Of a stretch of DNA of 59,398 nt, positions 28,489 through 38,726 are shown piece by piece. The notes below the pieces were generated by a model. That model was not told where the DNA came from. It made no database searches and saw only the letters and a program-made list of their open reading frames with translations. Numbering within the stretch: the first letter of the stretch is position 1; each line of letters opens with the position of its first letter. The DNA is from Candidatus Merdicola faecigallinarum. GTDB lineage: Bacteria > Bacillota > Clostridia > TANB77 > CAG-508. The DNA lies in assembly GCA_018714565.1 (NCBI GenBank), contig DVNH01000016.1, forward strand, positions 1 to 59,398, given 5' to 3'. Position numbers and translations under genes: made by a program.

Positions 28489-29793
28489 TTATTTTATTTC
28501 TGCAATTAGGTCATACTCTTTTGCATCTACAATTTCTACTTGAATAAAATCCCCTGTATGGCATTCTTTTGTATTTTTCACATATACAATACCATCAATT
28601 TCTAACATTTGCATATAAGTTCTTCCTATATAATATTTACCATCAAATGTTTTTCCATCAATTAATACTTCGTAACTTTTTCCTATATATTTTTCCTGTA
28701 CTTTTTGATCAATTTCTTTTTGCAAACTCATAATTTTATGATATCTACTTTTCTTCGTCATAGGATGAATTTGATCTGGTAATCTGGCTGCCGGTGTTCC
28801 TTCTTCCTTTGAATAAGAAAACGCACCTAAACGATCAAATTCTGTTTGTTTTACAAATTCATATAGTTCCTCGAATTCGTCTTTTGTTTCTCCTGGAAAC
28901 CCAACAATAAGTGTAGTTCGAATAATCACTTCTGGAATTTCTTCTCTTATTTTTTTTATGATATTTTTAATACTTTCTCCATTACTCTTTCGATTCATTC
29001 TTTTTAGAACGCGATCGGAAATATGCTGAATTGGAATATCAAAATATTTACATATATTTGAATTTTCCTTTACTACTTTGATTAGCTCTTCTGTAATTGT
29101 TTCTGGATAAGAGTACAAAAAGCGTATCCATTTAAATTCTTTTATATTCGCAAGGTCTTGTAATAATTCAGCTAGTTTTGGCTTTCCATATAAATCAATT
29201 CCATATTTTGTAGTATCTTGTGCAATTACAATAATTTCTTTGAACCCTCTTTGTGCTAAATTTCTTGCTTCTTCTAATATTTCCTCTTTTGGTCTACTGA
29301 TAAAAGGACCACGAATATATGGAATAGCACAATAGGTACAACGATTACTACATCCCTCTGCTATTTTTAAATATGCTGTCGTTTCACCTGTTGAAATTTC
29401 TCTTGTTTGATAGTTTAATTCAAAATGATTTTTTTCTTCTTCTTTTCTTATTGTTTTTTCAATTTCTTCCCACATCTTAGGATATTCGTCAATGGATATA
29501 AATAAATCCACCTCTGGAATTGCTTTTATTAATTCTTCCTTATATCTTTGTACTAGACATCCTGTTACAATCAAAAATTTACATTTTTTCTTTTTATATT
29601 CTGCCATTTCTAAAATAGTATTAATCGCTTCTTCTTTTGCTGATTCTATAAAACCACAAGTATTAATTACAATTACTTCTGCTTCATTTGGATTATTTAC
29701 AATAGTATCTTTGTTTTCTTTAAACATTCCAATCATCATTTCGGTATCTACTAAATTTTTGCTACAACCTAATGATACAAATCCGATTTTCAT
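28489..29793 (-). CDS. rimO: Ribosomal protein S12 methylthiotransferase
   Basis: SLGCSKNLVD, NTCGFI, EGCSNRCTYCAIP, TRAM domain. Confidence 0.95.
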   Translation of the reverse strand: MKIGFVSLGCSKNLVDTEMMIGMFKENKDTIVNNPNEAEVIVINTCGFIESAKEEAINTILEMAEYKKKKCKFLIVTGCLVQRYKEELIKAIPEVDLFISIDEYPKMWEEIEKTIRKEEEKNHFELNYQTREISTGETTAYLKIAEGCSNRCTYCAIPYIRGPFISRPKEEILEEARNLAQRGFKEIIVIAQDTTKYGIDLYGKPKLAELLQDLANIKEFKWIRFLYSYPETITEELIKVVKENSNICKYFDIPIQHISDRVLKRMNRKSNGESIKNIIKKIREEIPEVIIRTTLIVGFPGETKDEFEELYEFVKQTEFDRLGAFSYSKEEGTPAARLPDQIHPMTKKSRYHKIMSLQKEIDQKVQEKYIGKSYEVLIDGKTFDGKYYIGRTYMQMLEIDGIVYVKNTKECHTGDFIQVEIVDAKEYDLIAEIK

Positions 29794-31004
29794 TCTTCTT
29801 CACCCTTTTCTATTTGATAATTACTACATATATGTTTACGTGTCATTTCTAATAAATTTAGTTTTGTAAATCCTAAAATTTGTGTTTTTGAACGATCTTG
29901 CTTTAAATATTCTTCTAATTCCTCTATTATAATTTTTCTATCTTCTTCAGACTTCATATCGATATAATCAATAATAATAATACCTCCGATATCTCTTAAA
30001 CGAAGTTGCTTTGCAATTTCTTTACTTGCTTCTTTATTCACCTTTAATATTGTCTCTCCTACGTCTTGTTTCCCTGTATATTTTGCTGAATTTACATCGA
30101 TTGCAGTCAATGCTTCTGTTTTATCAATCGTAATAAACCCTCCACAATTCAACCATACTTTACGATTACACGCTTTTTCTAGTTGCTCTGCTAAGTCATA
30201 CCTTTGTAATAAATCTTCTTCCTTTAACTCTAATGTAATATTTACATTTTTCCCTAATTCTTCTAAATCTTTTTTTATCTCTTGATAGGATTCTTTTGTA
30301 TTTGTTGTTATTCTTTCGATTCCATGATCCATGGTATCCATAATCAATTTTTTTAAGATATCATCATTTTTCTCTATCAATTTTGGATAGCTATCTGTAA
30401 GTTCAAATTCTTTTTGAATATAGTTCCATCTTTTTTCTAGTAACTGTAAGTCTTTCAAGATTTCTTCTTCTTGCTTTCCTCTACATGAAGTTCTTATAAT
30501 TACTCCCATATAATTCGGTAAATATTTTTCTACAATTTTTTTCAGTCTTTCAATCTCTTCTTTTTCTTCTATTTTTTGTGAAATAGTAACAATATTTGTA
30601 TTTGGCATTAATACTAAATATCTACTCACTAAACTTAAATGAGTAGACACTCTTGCTCCTTTTTTATCATTGCTATCTTTCTTTACTTCTACTAAAATTG
30701 GCATTCCAACTCGAATTACCTGTTTAATATCTTTTACCATCTCTTCGTTTTGATTTTCGCTATCTTTTACGATATCTTTCTTTGGTAAAATATCTTTTAA
30801 GTGAATAAATGCATTTTTCGTTTCACCTATATCAACAAATGCCGCTTGCATTCCAGGTAAAATATTTCTAACTTTTCCTACATAAATATTTCCTTCTAAT
30901 CGTTTTATTCTATTGTTTTGCTCGTACTTTTCGATTAATTTTCCATCTTGTATAAAAGCAATTATTCTTTTGTCTTGTTTTTCATTAATAATTAATTCTT
31001 GCAT
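29790..31004 (-). CDS. RNase E/G family ribonuclease
   Basis: PGMQAAFVDIG, EALTAIDVNS, LRLRDIGGIIIIDYIDM. Confidence 0.95.
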   Translation of the reverse strand: MQELIINEKQDKRIIAFIQDGKLIEKYEQNNRIKRLEGNIYVGKVRNILPGMQAAFVDIGETKNAFIHLKDILPKKDIVKDSENQNEEMVKDIKQVIRVGMPILVEVKKDSNDKKGARVSTHLSLVSRYLVLMPNTNIVTISQKIEEKEEIERLKKIVEKYLPNYMGVIIRTSCRGKQEEEILKDLQLLEKRWNYIQKEFELTDSYPKLIEKNDDILKKLIMDTMDHGIERITTNTKESYQEIKKDLEELGKNVNITLELKEEDLLQRYDLAEQLEKACNRKVWLNCGGFITIDKTEALTAIDVNSAKYTGKQDVGETILKVNKEASKEIAKQLRLRDIGGIIIIDYIDMKSEEDRKIIIEELEEYLKQDRSKTQILGFTKLNLLEMTRKHICSNYQIEKGEEE

Positions 31005-31013
31005 CTTTTCTCC

Positions 31014-31574
31014 CTACTCATTATATTGATTCATTGCTTTATCGATACCATTTTCTATGATTGCTTCAATTGCTTTTGCTGCTTTTTTTGTTGATTTTCT
31101 TAATTCTTCCAACTCTTCTTCTGGAACATATCCGATTACATAATCAATAATATTCTCATCTTCTTTTGGTCTTCCTATTCCAATTCGAACTCTTGGAAAA
31201 TCTTCTCTTCCCATCATTTGCACAACAGATTTCATTCCATTATGAGTTCCTGGTCCCCCTTTTTTTCTAATTTTGATTGTTCCTATTGGTAAATCCATAT
31301 CGTCATAGATAACAATTATATGATCTGGTTCTATCTTAAAAAAATTCGCAAATTGGATTAAACTCTTTCCACTCAAATTCATAAAAGTTTGAGGTTTTAA
31401 CAAGATTACCTTTTCTCCCGCTATTACTCCATTTCCATATAATCCTTCAAACTTTGTTTTCTTAACTTCAATTTGATTATGATTCGAAAGTTCATTTATA
31501 ACATCAAATCCCATATTATGCCTCGTATTTGCATAATCTCTTTCTGGGTTTCCTAGTCCTACAATTAAAAACAT
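31014..31574 (-). CDS. pth: Peptidyl-tRNA hydrolase
   Basis: LIVGLGNP, TRHNMGF, KPQTFMNLSG, HNG. Confidence 0.97.
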   Translation of the reverse strand: MFLIVGLGNPERDYANTRHNMGFDVINELSNHNQIEVKKTKFEGLYGNGVIAGEKVILLKPQTFMNLSGKSLIQFANFFKIEPDHIIVIYDDMDLPIGTIKIRKKGGPGTHNGMKSVVQMMGREDFPRVRIGIGRPKEDENIIDYVIGYVPEEELEELRKSTKKAAKAIEAIIENGIDKAMNQYNE

Positions 31575-31815
31575 TTTGCTCTCTCTCCTATTTATTTTTC
31601 TATCCTATTTTAACCTTTATTTACATAATTTTCAAGTATTTTAATGAATTTAACAGTTACCTTGCCTTATATAAGACAATACTGAATTCATTTAAATAAA
31701 ATTAATTTTTATATTACTCTTTAAAAGAAAAAAACTCTTTATATAATTATTTTTATATAAAGAGTTTTTTATATCAACTTCTTTTAAAATTTTCTATTTG
31801 ATTTTGATACTTATT

Positions 31816-33318
31816 TTAATGCCTTTTATAAGTATCTCGATTAATAATTCCTGAGCTAATTACTTGACCATTTTGTTTTACGGTTTTGTATGTAACAGAT
31901 TTTATCGAAGTTGCTGTCGTACTAATTACTTTTGAACTTAGTTCAACTTGATATTCGTTTTGCTGTCTTAAACCATATAATTCAAATTTCGCAACTCCCC
32001 CACTTACTGAACATATAATTTTAATTGGATATTCTCGATTATTTTTAAACTTAAAATCAATTGCTCCATAAACAACTGTCGCATCTAATCCAGGATCTGA
32101 ATAAGAGGGAACAAATTGATGATTTCTTCTTTCTACAATCTCTAAATTTGCATACAATACAGCATTATATAGTGTAGTAGAAATTTGACAAATTCCTCCT
32201 GCTAATCCATCTACCACTTTTCCATCTTGATAAATTGGCGCATCTTTATATCCCGCTTCAATCGTTCTCTTTCCAACTACTTTATTAAAAGAAAACGTCT
32301 CTCCTGGCATAACTACAGTTCCATTTATTTTATTGGATGCTAAGATTAAGTTAGTAGTTCTATCTCTATCCCTCGCATTATATCTTGTTGAAAATGAAGA
32401 AATTAAATCTGGAAATGCTTCATTTCCAATCATATTTGTTGTAACAGATGGTGCAATATATTTTAGTGGAATACTATACTCTGCTTTTTCCTCTGCTAAA
32501 ATCGCTTTTGCTTCTTCTACGCTAATTGCAAAATCCACACCGTTTTCATGTGGATGTACCACATAAGGGTTTGTTGTATAATAAGCATCTACTGGTGCTT
32601 TATAAATTTCTTGATGTATTTTTTCGATATCAATTTCGTTAGGTGAAGCCTCTTTGGTGATCATTTCCACTTTCTGATCAATATAAGATAAATCTTGAAT
32701 CGCTTGTTCTATTTTGTTTGTTGTTTGCTCAACATCTACTACCTGTCCTTTAGAGCCTTTTGTTATGATCAATTCGTCTCCTTCTATATAATAACTACTT
32801 TGTATTACCGTATCTGGTAACTTAGTAGAAACATCTTCTAATTCTTTTGTTAATATTTCCTGATCTACTGTAAGGATCGGATCAATATTAATATTAGAAA
32901 CCATTGTTTTTAGTACTTCTACTGTATTAATAATGATATTACTATCTCTTCCTATTTCATAAGCTTTTTCTAATGCAGAATCGATATCAAATCTTGCATT
33001 AATTTGCTTTAGATTAACTGTTGTTTCATATTCGTTATGTACTAGAGATAAATTTTCCGACATTTTTTCTTTTATTGCCTGTTCTATTTTATATCTTGCT
33101 TCCTGCTTGTTTAATCCTGAAACATTAACACCTTTAACAAATACTCCGGATACAATCTTATCGTTTGATGTACTATATGCTGCAATTCCCATAAAGATTG
33201 AGATTATAATCATAAAAAAAGCTGTAATTAATATAACAAAAACTTTCCAATTACTTGATGTATCTTGCAAAATTTCAAAATGATTTTCCTTTTCATTTTT
33301 GTTTTTCATATTGTGCAT
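31816..33318 (-). CDS. VanW-family membrane-anchored protein
   Basis: PGETFSFN..GGICQISTTLYNA..GLDATV..DFKFKN. Confidence 0.9.
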   Translation of the reverse strand: MHNMKNKNEKENHFEILQDTSSNWKVFVILITAFFMIIISIFMGIAAYSTSNDKIVSGVFVKGVNVSGLNKQEARYKIEQAIKEKMSENLSLVHNEYETTVNLKQINARFDIDSALEKAYEIGRDSNIIINTVEVLKTMVSNINIDPILTVDQEILTKELEDVSTKLPDTVIQSSYYIEGDELIITKGSKGQVVDVEQTTNKIEQAIQDLSYIDQKVEMITKEASPNEIDIEKIHQEIYKAPVDAYYTTNPYVVHPHENGVDFAISVEEAKAILAEEKAEYSIPLKYIAPSVTTNMIGNEAFPDLISSFSTRYNARDRDRTTNLILASNKINGTVVMPGETFSFNKVVGKRTIEAGYKDAPIYQDGKVVDGLAGGICQISTTLYNAVLYANLEIVERRNHQFVPSYSDPGLDATVVYGAIDFKFKNNREYPIKIICSVSGGVAKFELYGLRQQNEYQVELSSKVISTTATSIKSVTYKTVKQNGQVISSGIINRDTYKRH

Positions 33319-33523
33319 TTCTCCTATCTTTTATTCTTATCTATTCTATTATAATTTCTGTTTTTTTTCTACTTTTTTTTACAATTTTTCTATAATTTCT
33401 GTTACTACTTAATATCCAATTTCTTTCTTATATGTTAAATTTTACTAATGATTTACAAAATTTTATCTTTTTTTCTTTACGCCATTTTATTTAACTGATA
33501 TAATATGAGCTAGAGGTGATCTT

Positions 33524-33832
33524 GTGGAAAAACAGACTAAATTACTTCGTTACTTAATTCTATTAAAATATGAAAGTATTCGTGCTTTTGCCAAATTGAT
33601 CGAAGTTCCGTACTCTACCGTTTGTGTTTCTTTAAAAAGAGGAATCGATCGCACTTCAATAAAAACTGTGATTAAAATATGTAGTGCATTAGAAATTAAT
33701 ATTGATGATTTAGTAGATGAAAGATTTGATAAACTTATTTCACCTGAAATAGAAATTTTAATACAGAATGCCAAACATTTATCTAATAATCAAGTGGAAG
33801 AAATACAAGATTTTATTCATTCTCTAAACTAA
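33524..33832 (+). CDS. XRE-family HTH protein
   Basis: SIRAFAKLIEVPYSTV..KICSALEI; GAGGTG RBS. Confidence 0.8.
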   Translation: MEKQTKLLRYLILLKYESIRAFAKLIEVPYSTVCVSLKRGIDRTSIKTVIKICSALEINIDDLVDERFDKLISPEIEILIQNAKHLSNNQVEEIQDFIHSLN

Positions 33833-34037
33833 ATATTCATTTTCTAAAATAAATTTAACGTCGTTTTATTATTTTTTTAAGAATACTTTTACTGTAATGA
33901 TTTTGAAGTTATCTATTTTTGTTTAGATAACTTTATTTTTTTGAAAAAAATTTTTATTCTCCCTTTTTTCGACAGACTTTTCACTTTTTCTTTGTTATGC
34001 TATTTAAGATACACAAAAGAAAAGGGGGATGATTATT

Positions 34038-34172
34038 GTGCAAAAAGTAGGTACAATTACTATAGATGTTTTTCGAAAATCAGATAATACAAAAACTTTT
34101 GAGATACAGTCAGATTCTGATGATATATTACCTGTCTCTTATGTTATCGAAGATACTTTAAAGAAATATTAG
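34038..34172 (+). CDS. 44-aa small hypothetical protein with an upstream Spo0A-like box (33968-33974)
   Basis: AAGGGGG RBS, GTG start, downstream terminator hairpin. Confidence 0.5.
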   Translation: MQKVGTITIDVFRKSDNTKTFEIQSDSDDILPVSYVIEDTLKKY

Positions 34173-34268
34173 ACTAACAAATTGTTAGTCTTTTTTATTG
34201 CTCCATTTTTACTTTTTATTACAATTATGTTATAATAATAAATACAACAATCAAAGGAGGCTTTATAG

Positions 34269-34490
34269 ATGGAGAAATACGCAACAGTAGAAATTCTATA
34301 TCCTACAGGAAAAAGAGTAACTTTTAATCACGTCGCCCTTGGTACAAACTTTAAATTCGGAACAGATGCTCAATACTGTCACTTTTGTGACAAAGATGGA
34401 TTATGGCATTTTGTTCAGGGTGCTATTGTAACTGTTGATGAAGAAACTCCAAAAGATGCAGAATTTGCATCAGAAGAGGCTGTACCGTAA
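34269..34490 (+). CDS. Hypothetical protein
   Basis: AAGGAGG RBS; TG-n-TATAAT promoter; terminator GCTGTACC-GTAA-GGTACAGC-T6. Confidence 0.75.
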   Translation: MEKYATVEILYPTGKRVTFNHVALGTNFKFGTDAQYCHFCDKDGLWHFVQGAIVTVDEETPKDAEFASEEAVP

Positions 34491-34610
34491 GGTACAGCTT
34501 TTTTCCTTTTTTATTATATATATTAAATTAATATAATAAAAAAAGGGAAAAAATCTTGACATATTCGAAATAAAATGTTATTATATGTATTGCATTTGGG
34601 AAAGTGACTT

Positions 34611-34687
<77 letters not shown>

Positions 34688-34780
34688 TAAGAAAAACCTT
34701 GATTCTAATAGTTATCAAGGTTTTTTATTTTTCTTTTTTATATTCTATTACATCTATTTTTTTACTTTTTTCTGTTGTGT

Positions 34781-34805
34781 AGTGTGTCAAAAAAGTGTGT
34801 CAAAA
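34781..34805. repeat. Tandem direct repeat; possible integrase arm-type sites
   Basis: AGTGTGTCAAAA twice, about 100 bp from the tRNA 3' end. Confidence 0.55.
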
Positions 34806-34961
34806 TTATCGTTTTGATATCATATTTTTATCAAAATCAATTTTAAAATATTTACAAATGTTTTTGCAACATTCAACAACTATTAGGTCTTTACCTATTT
34901 TTTCTTTTTCAATATCCATAAAAGCATACACTTCTACCTCTTTTCTTTCATCTCTTACCAT
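34806..34961 (-). CDS. Small prophage hypothetical protein
   Basis: AAGGAG RBS before MVRDERKEV. Confidence 0.45.
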   Translation of the reverse strand: MVRDERKEVEVYAFMDIEKEKIGKDLIVVECCKNICKYFKIDFDKNMISKR

Positions 34962-35274
34962 ATCATTTCTCCTTTTCTTTTGTATTAGAATAAGCATACC
35001 ATGTTTTCATTTCGAAATAAAATCGGATTTCGACAAAACAGGAAAAACCTGTAAAAGAAAATCTTTAAATAGCTTATTCTATCAAATAAAAATTTTTTTC
35101 ACTTTTTCTTTTTCGACATCTTTTGATATTATTTTACATTTTTTTCTTTCAAAATGTAAGGCGGAACTTTCTTAAATTTTTTATACCGCATTTTTTGTCG
35201 AATTTTGGAGAATTTATACGAAAGAGTTGATCTATTATACAAAACTCATTTTTTTGCAAAAATTGGGATTTAGG

Positions 35275-35511
35275 CTAAAATCGATCTTTCCCTACAACCA
35301 CAATCTCTCCAGTACGATAAAGATCTGTTATCTTTGTCCCAAGATTTTGTGCAATTACTAACATTTCTATAAATAATATTTTATCTACAGGTACTTCTCC
35401 ATTTTCTATTTTTGCTAAACGTCTTCTATCTATCCCCGTATCTTCTTCTAATTCTTTTAAACTTATCCCTTTATTTTCTCTAACTTCTTTTATAATAATC
35501 TCTACAGTCAT
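35275..35511 (-). CDS. XRE-family HTH protein
   Basis: GAGGTG RBS; IKEVRENKGISLKELEEDTGIDRRRLAKIENG; the ORF-track start is over-extended. Confidence 0.85.
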   Translation of the reverse strand: MTVEIIIKEVRENKGISLKELEEDTGIDRRRLAKIENGEVPVDKILFIEMLVIAQNLGTKITDLYRTGEIVVVGKDRF

Positions 35512-35858
35512 AAAAAACACCTCGAAAGTAGTTTTCCCTAAAAACGTTGATATATACGCAAAAAACCGACCCATGAGGATCGTTTTTAAGGCATTTTTAT
35601 TTTTGAGGCAACATGTTATATTGCTTGATTTTAGTACATTTTCGAGGATTTTTGATGTTTTTTTCTTTTTTCTATAAATCACTTGAATTTTTTGGATTTC
35701 CTTGATATACTTATGGTGTCAAAAGAATTGATATTATGTAAATAATATGGTATAATATTAATTGAATCATATTTTTTTCTCTTGTTAATACTAATTAATA
35801 AGGTGATTATATGATTATAAAGAATTATAAAAAATTTAATGTAAGGAGGAAATATGTT

Positions 35859-36038
35859 ATGGCTAAATTAAATAAAAGTATATCTATTGAAAATATGTTA
35901 ATAGATGAAATTGAAAATTCTAGTACTAATGACTGGGATGAATTATGTGATACATGTTTTTCTCTTGTTAAAGAAGCAAATATGACTGATAAAGATATTG
36001 ACGAAATTGTAAAGAAAGTAAGAAATGGTACTAGATAA
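35859..36038 (+). CDS. Putative antitoxin
   Basis: AGGAGG RBS; overlaps the PIN gene; MTDKDIDEIVKKVR C-terminus. Confidence 0.6.
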   Translation: MAKLNKSISIENMLIDEIENSSTNDWDELCDTCFSLVKEANMTDKDIDEIVKKVRNGTR

Positions 36039-36501
36039 AATGAAAATTGTGGTTGATACTAATGTTTTTATAAATGGCTTATTCAAAAACAATGATTTTT
36101 GTAAAGCCATTTTTCGATTAAAAAGTTTGAATAAGATTACTTTTGTAATGAATCAAGACATGCAAAATGAATTATTAATTACTTTTGGAAATATTCTTAT
36201 ACAGGCCATTGAAAGGATTGACAAAAGTAAAAAATTCGATATTTTTCGTTTAATGGCGAATCTCTCTAAATGTTTATGGCAAGTTGAAGAAATAGATCAT
36301 GTCATTAATACTAATTACTGTGTAGAAGACAAAAGTGATAATAAATTTATAGATTGTTGTATTGACGGTAATGTAAAATATTTGATAACTCAAGATGAAC
36401 ATATTAATAGCGTGGCAGATATATTAGAGAAAGAACATAAGATCAAGGTATTAAGCCCTTTCCAGTTTTACACTAGATATACAACAAAACAGTTAGATTA
36501 A
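36025..36501 (+). CDS. PIN-domain toxin (type II TA)
   Basis: IVVDTNVFI..DKSDNKFIDC..YLITQDEH. Confidence 0.88.
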   Translation: MVLDKMKIVVDTNVFINGLFKNNDFCKAIFRLKSLNKITFVMNQDMQNELLITFGNILIQAIERIDKSKKFDIFRLMANLSKCLWQVEEIDHVINTNYCVEDKSDNKFIDCCIDGNVKYLITQDEHINSVADILEKEHKIKVLSPFQFYTRYTTKQLD

Positions 36502-36703
36502 ATTTATCTACTTTAATAAATATTAATTTACAAATATGTTATAAGTTTTTACTTATAATAGTATTTAAAAGGAGACTTATTCTAGATAGTTCTCCTTTTC
36601 TCATTTTTTAAGAGGTAGACAGAAAACAATTCCAATCTACCTCTTCGTTTATGATGTATAGCGTATAATTTATATTAACATATTAATTAATGTTTATCAA
36701 GAT

Positions 36704-37591
36704 TTATTTTACTAAGCATCCATTTTTTAATTTATTTAATAATTCTACATTTTGACTTGCTGTTCCTTTATAATTAGATATTCCATTTCTAATAGCAATA
36801 TTCTTTCTATTTGCATAAGAGCTATCTACTCCTATACTTCTTAAAGCATCTACGAGGCTTGTATAACCAGAACTACATTGCTTATAATAACTTGTACTAA
36901 CATTGGAATTACCTTTTAATATAGAAAGCATTTGTAAGTTTTGTTCTGCTGTTCCTTTATAATTAACAATCCCTAGTTTGGTTGCTAGATCTTTTCTACT
37001 AGCATATGAACTATTATAACCCACACTATTTAAAGCATCTACAATAGAATCTCCAGAATATCCACTTAAATTTGGTAAACCACTTTCCTGTGGTGGAGTT
37101 GTTACTGTTTCTCCCATATAGCATCTTACCATGTCTAAAAATCTATCCCATCCATAATCTAATGTTCTATGTGGGCAATACTTATTTGCAAAATCTTTAT
37201 GCTTCTTTACCTTATCTATTCCCCAACCTTTTTCTTTTAATTTAGATGCAATAAATTCTGCTGCATTTTTTTCCGCTTTATCAAATCTATCTCCTCCAGA
37301 TTTAGAATAACAGATTTCTATTGCTAAACCTTTTCTATTTCCTTCTCCATTTCCACCATCTCCAGCATGCCAAGCATTTCGATTTTCTGGAATACCTTGT
37401 ATTATTTCCACGTCATCTACTGCATAATGATAAGATACTTTATTATTGTTAGAAACCATATAAGCGATTTCATTGTTAGCACTTGCATCATTTGCTGTAT
37501 TATGTACTACTATAAATTCTGCATTCATTTCATGTGGACATTTAATATTATATTTGCTACTATTAACTAAATTTTGTCGTACATTTACCAT
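36704..37591 (-). CDS. Endolysin: N-acetylmuramoyl-L-alanine amidase with two C-terminal DUF3597-like repeats
   Basis: VHNTAN, NAWHAGDG, IEIC, KYCPH; repeated S(I/L)VDAL.S.G..SSYA.RK..A...GI.NYKGTA.QN. Confidence 0.93.
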   Translation of the reverse strand: MVNVRQNLVNSSKYNIKCPHEMNAEFIVVHNTANDASANNEIAYMVSNNNKVSYHYAVDDVEIIQGIPENRNAWHAGDGGNGEGNRKGLAIEICYSKSGGDRFDKAEKNAAEFIASKLKEKGWGIDKVKKHKDFANKYCPHRTLDYGWDRFLDMVRCYMGETVTTPPQESGLPNLSGYSGDSIVDALNSVGYNSSYASRKDLATKLGIVNYKGTAEQNLQMLSILKGNSNVSTSYYKQCSSGYTSLVDALRSIGVDSSYANRKNIAIRNGISNYKGTASQNVELLNKLKNGCLVK

Positions 37592-37594
37592 CTA

Positions 37595-37942
37595 TTATTC
37601 CTCCTTCTTATCTTTTAAGATATTTCCTAACTTTCCTAGATCTAATCCCGCTTTCTTTAAATTTTCTAATATAGACATTACTTCCATTAGACATATATAG
37701 ACTGTTATAACTTGTGCAACGGCTTTTAATCCAAAAGCATATTCCACTACATATCCTATTACTATTGCTACAATTAATAAGCATTTATGTAATAATCCTT
37801 CTCGCATAACTTTGCTGTCTACGTTTTTGTTTATTACAGCTTGTATATATCCTGTTAAAATATCACATCCACTAAAGATCAATGGCGTTATGATTTGCCA
37901 AATAATATTACTAAAAGCTAAATTCTTTATTATTTCTTCCAT
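37595..37942 (-). CDS. Phage holin
   Basis: DILTGY..S..MREGL.HK..E..SILENL; immediately upstream of the lysin. Confidence 0.88.
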   Translation of the reverse strand: MEEIIKNLAFSNIIWQIITPLIFSGCDILTGYIQAVINKNVDSKVMREGLLHKCLLIVAIVIGYVVEYAFGLKAVAQVITVYICLMEVMSILENLKKAGLDLGKLGNILKDKKEE

Positions 37943-38131
37943 TTTCCCCTCCGTTTTTATATAAATAAATTAAAGAACATTAACAAGATTAAACTTATTA
38001 ATGTTCTTTTTATAATTCTTAGTATTTTCATTTTCTATTCCTTATATTTTTATTGTTACTTTTGCATTGTTCCTGTGTTTTTTCTATGGACTCTTATCAT
38101 CCCATTTGTAACTTCGAACATAATGTCCTCC

Positions 38132-38725
38132 TTAATCTATCGCTTTTACCGATAAAAATGTATTCATTTTTCCTCCTCTAGTTGTAGGCTGTTTGTTATT
38201 AACATCTCCAAAATTCAATGTTATTTTGTCTCCCTCTTGAACATCTACAATTGGGAAATTAACAGTAACGCAACTATAAGGTTTTCCTTCATATGCATTT
38301 AGCTTTTCAGCTACAACATCATTGTTTCTCATTATTCGTGGTGAAAAATATACTTGTGCTGAATCTATGTATTCAAAGTATATTTGTGCTTCTACAGAAA
38401 TTTTTGTTATACCTTCCCCAATAATAACAGCATTATTATCTAAACTTAATTTATCTCCAATACCTATACTAGCTTGTAAACTACATGTTGCATTTTGGCT
38501 TGCTATTTGTGCGCCAGTTTGATAAGCTACAATTTCATTTCTTTCTACTGCTTTATTTAGATCAGAAGTTATTTTATTTAAATTTTTAGAATTAATAACA
38601 GTTCCCTTCTGAATTATCTCTTCTTCAGGAATATCTTGTATTTCATATCTTACAATTTCTCCTGTTTCCTTATTTTTCAAAATTATATCTTTTGGATTTT
38701 GTAAAATTTGATCTTCAAATATCAT
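38132..38725 (-). CDS. Distal tail / receptor-binding protein
   Basis: Position; GTVINSKNLNKI motif; beta-rich C-terminus. Confidence 0.55.
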   Translation of the reverse strand: MIFEDQILQNPKDIILKNKETGEIVRYEIQDIPEEEIIQKGTVINSKNLNKITSDLNKAVERNEIVAYQTGAQIASQNATCSLQASIGIGDKLSLDNNAVIIGEGITKISVEAQIYFEYIDSAQVYFSPRIMRNNDVVAEKLNAYEGKPYSCVTVNFPIVDVQEGDKITLNFGDVNNKQPTTRGGKMNTFLSVKAID

Positions 38726-38726
38726 A

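Noticed and set aside
31816-33318. VanW protein as vancomycin resistance
   Set aside because: No van cluster genes nearby; VanW-domain proteins are common in Firmicutes.
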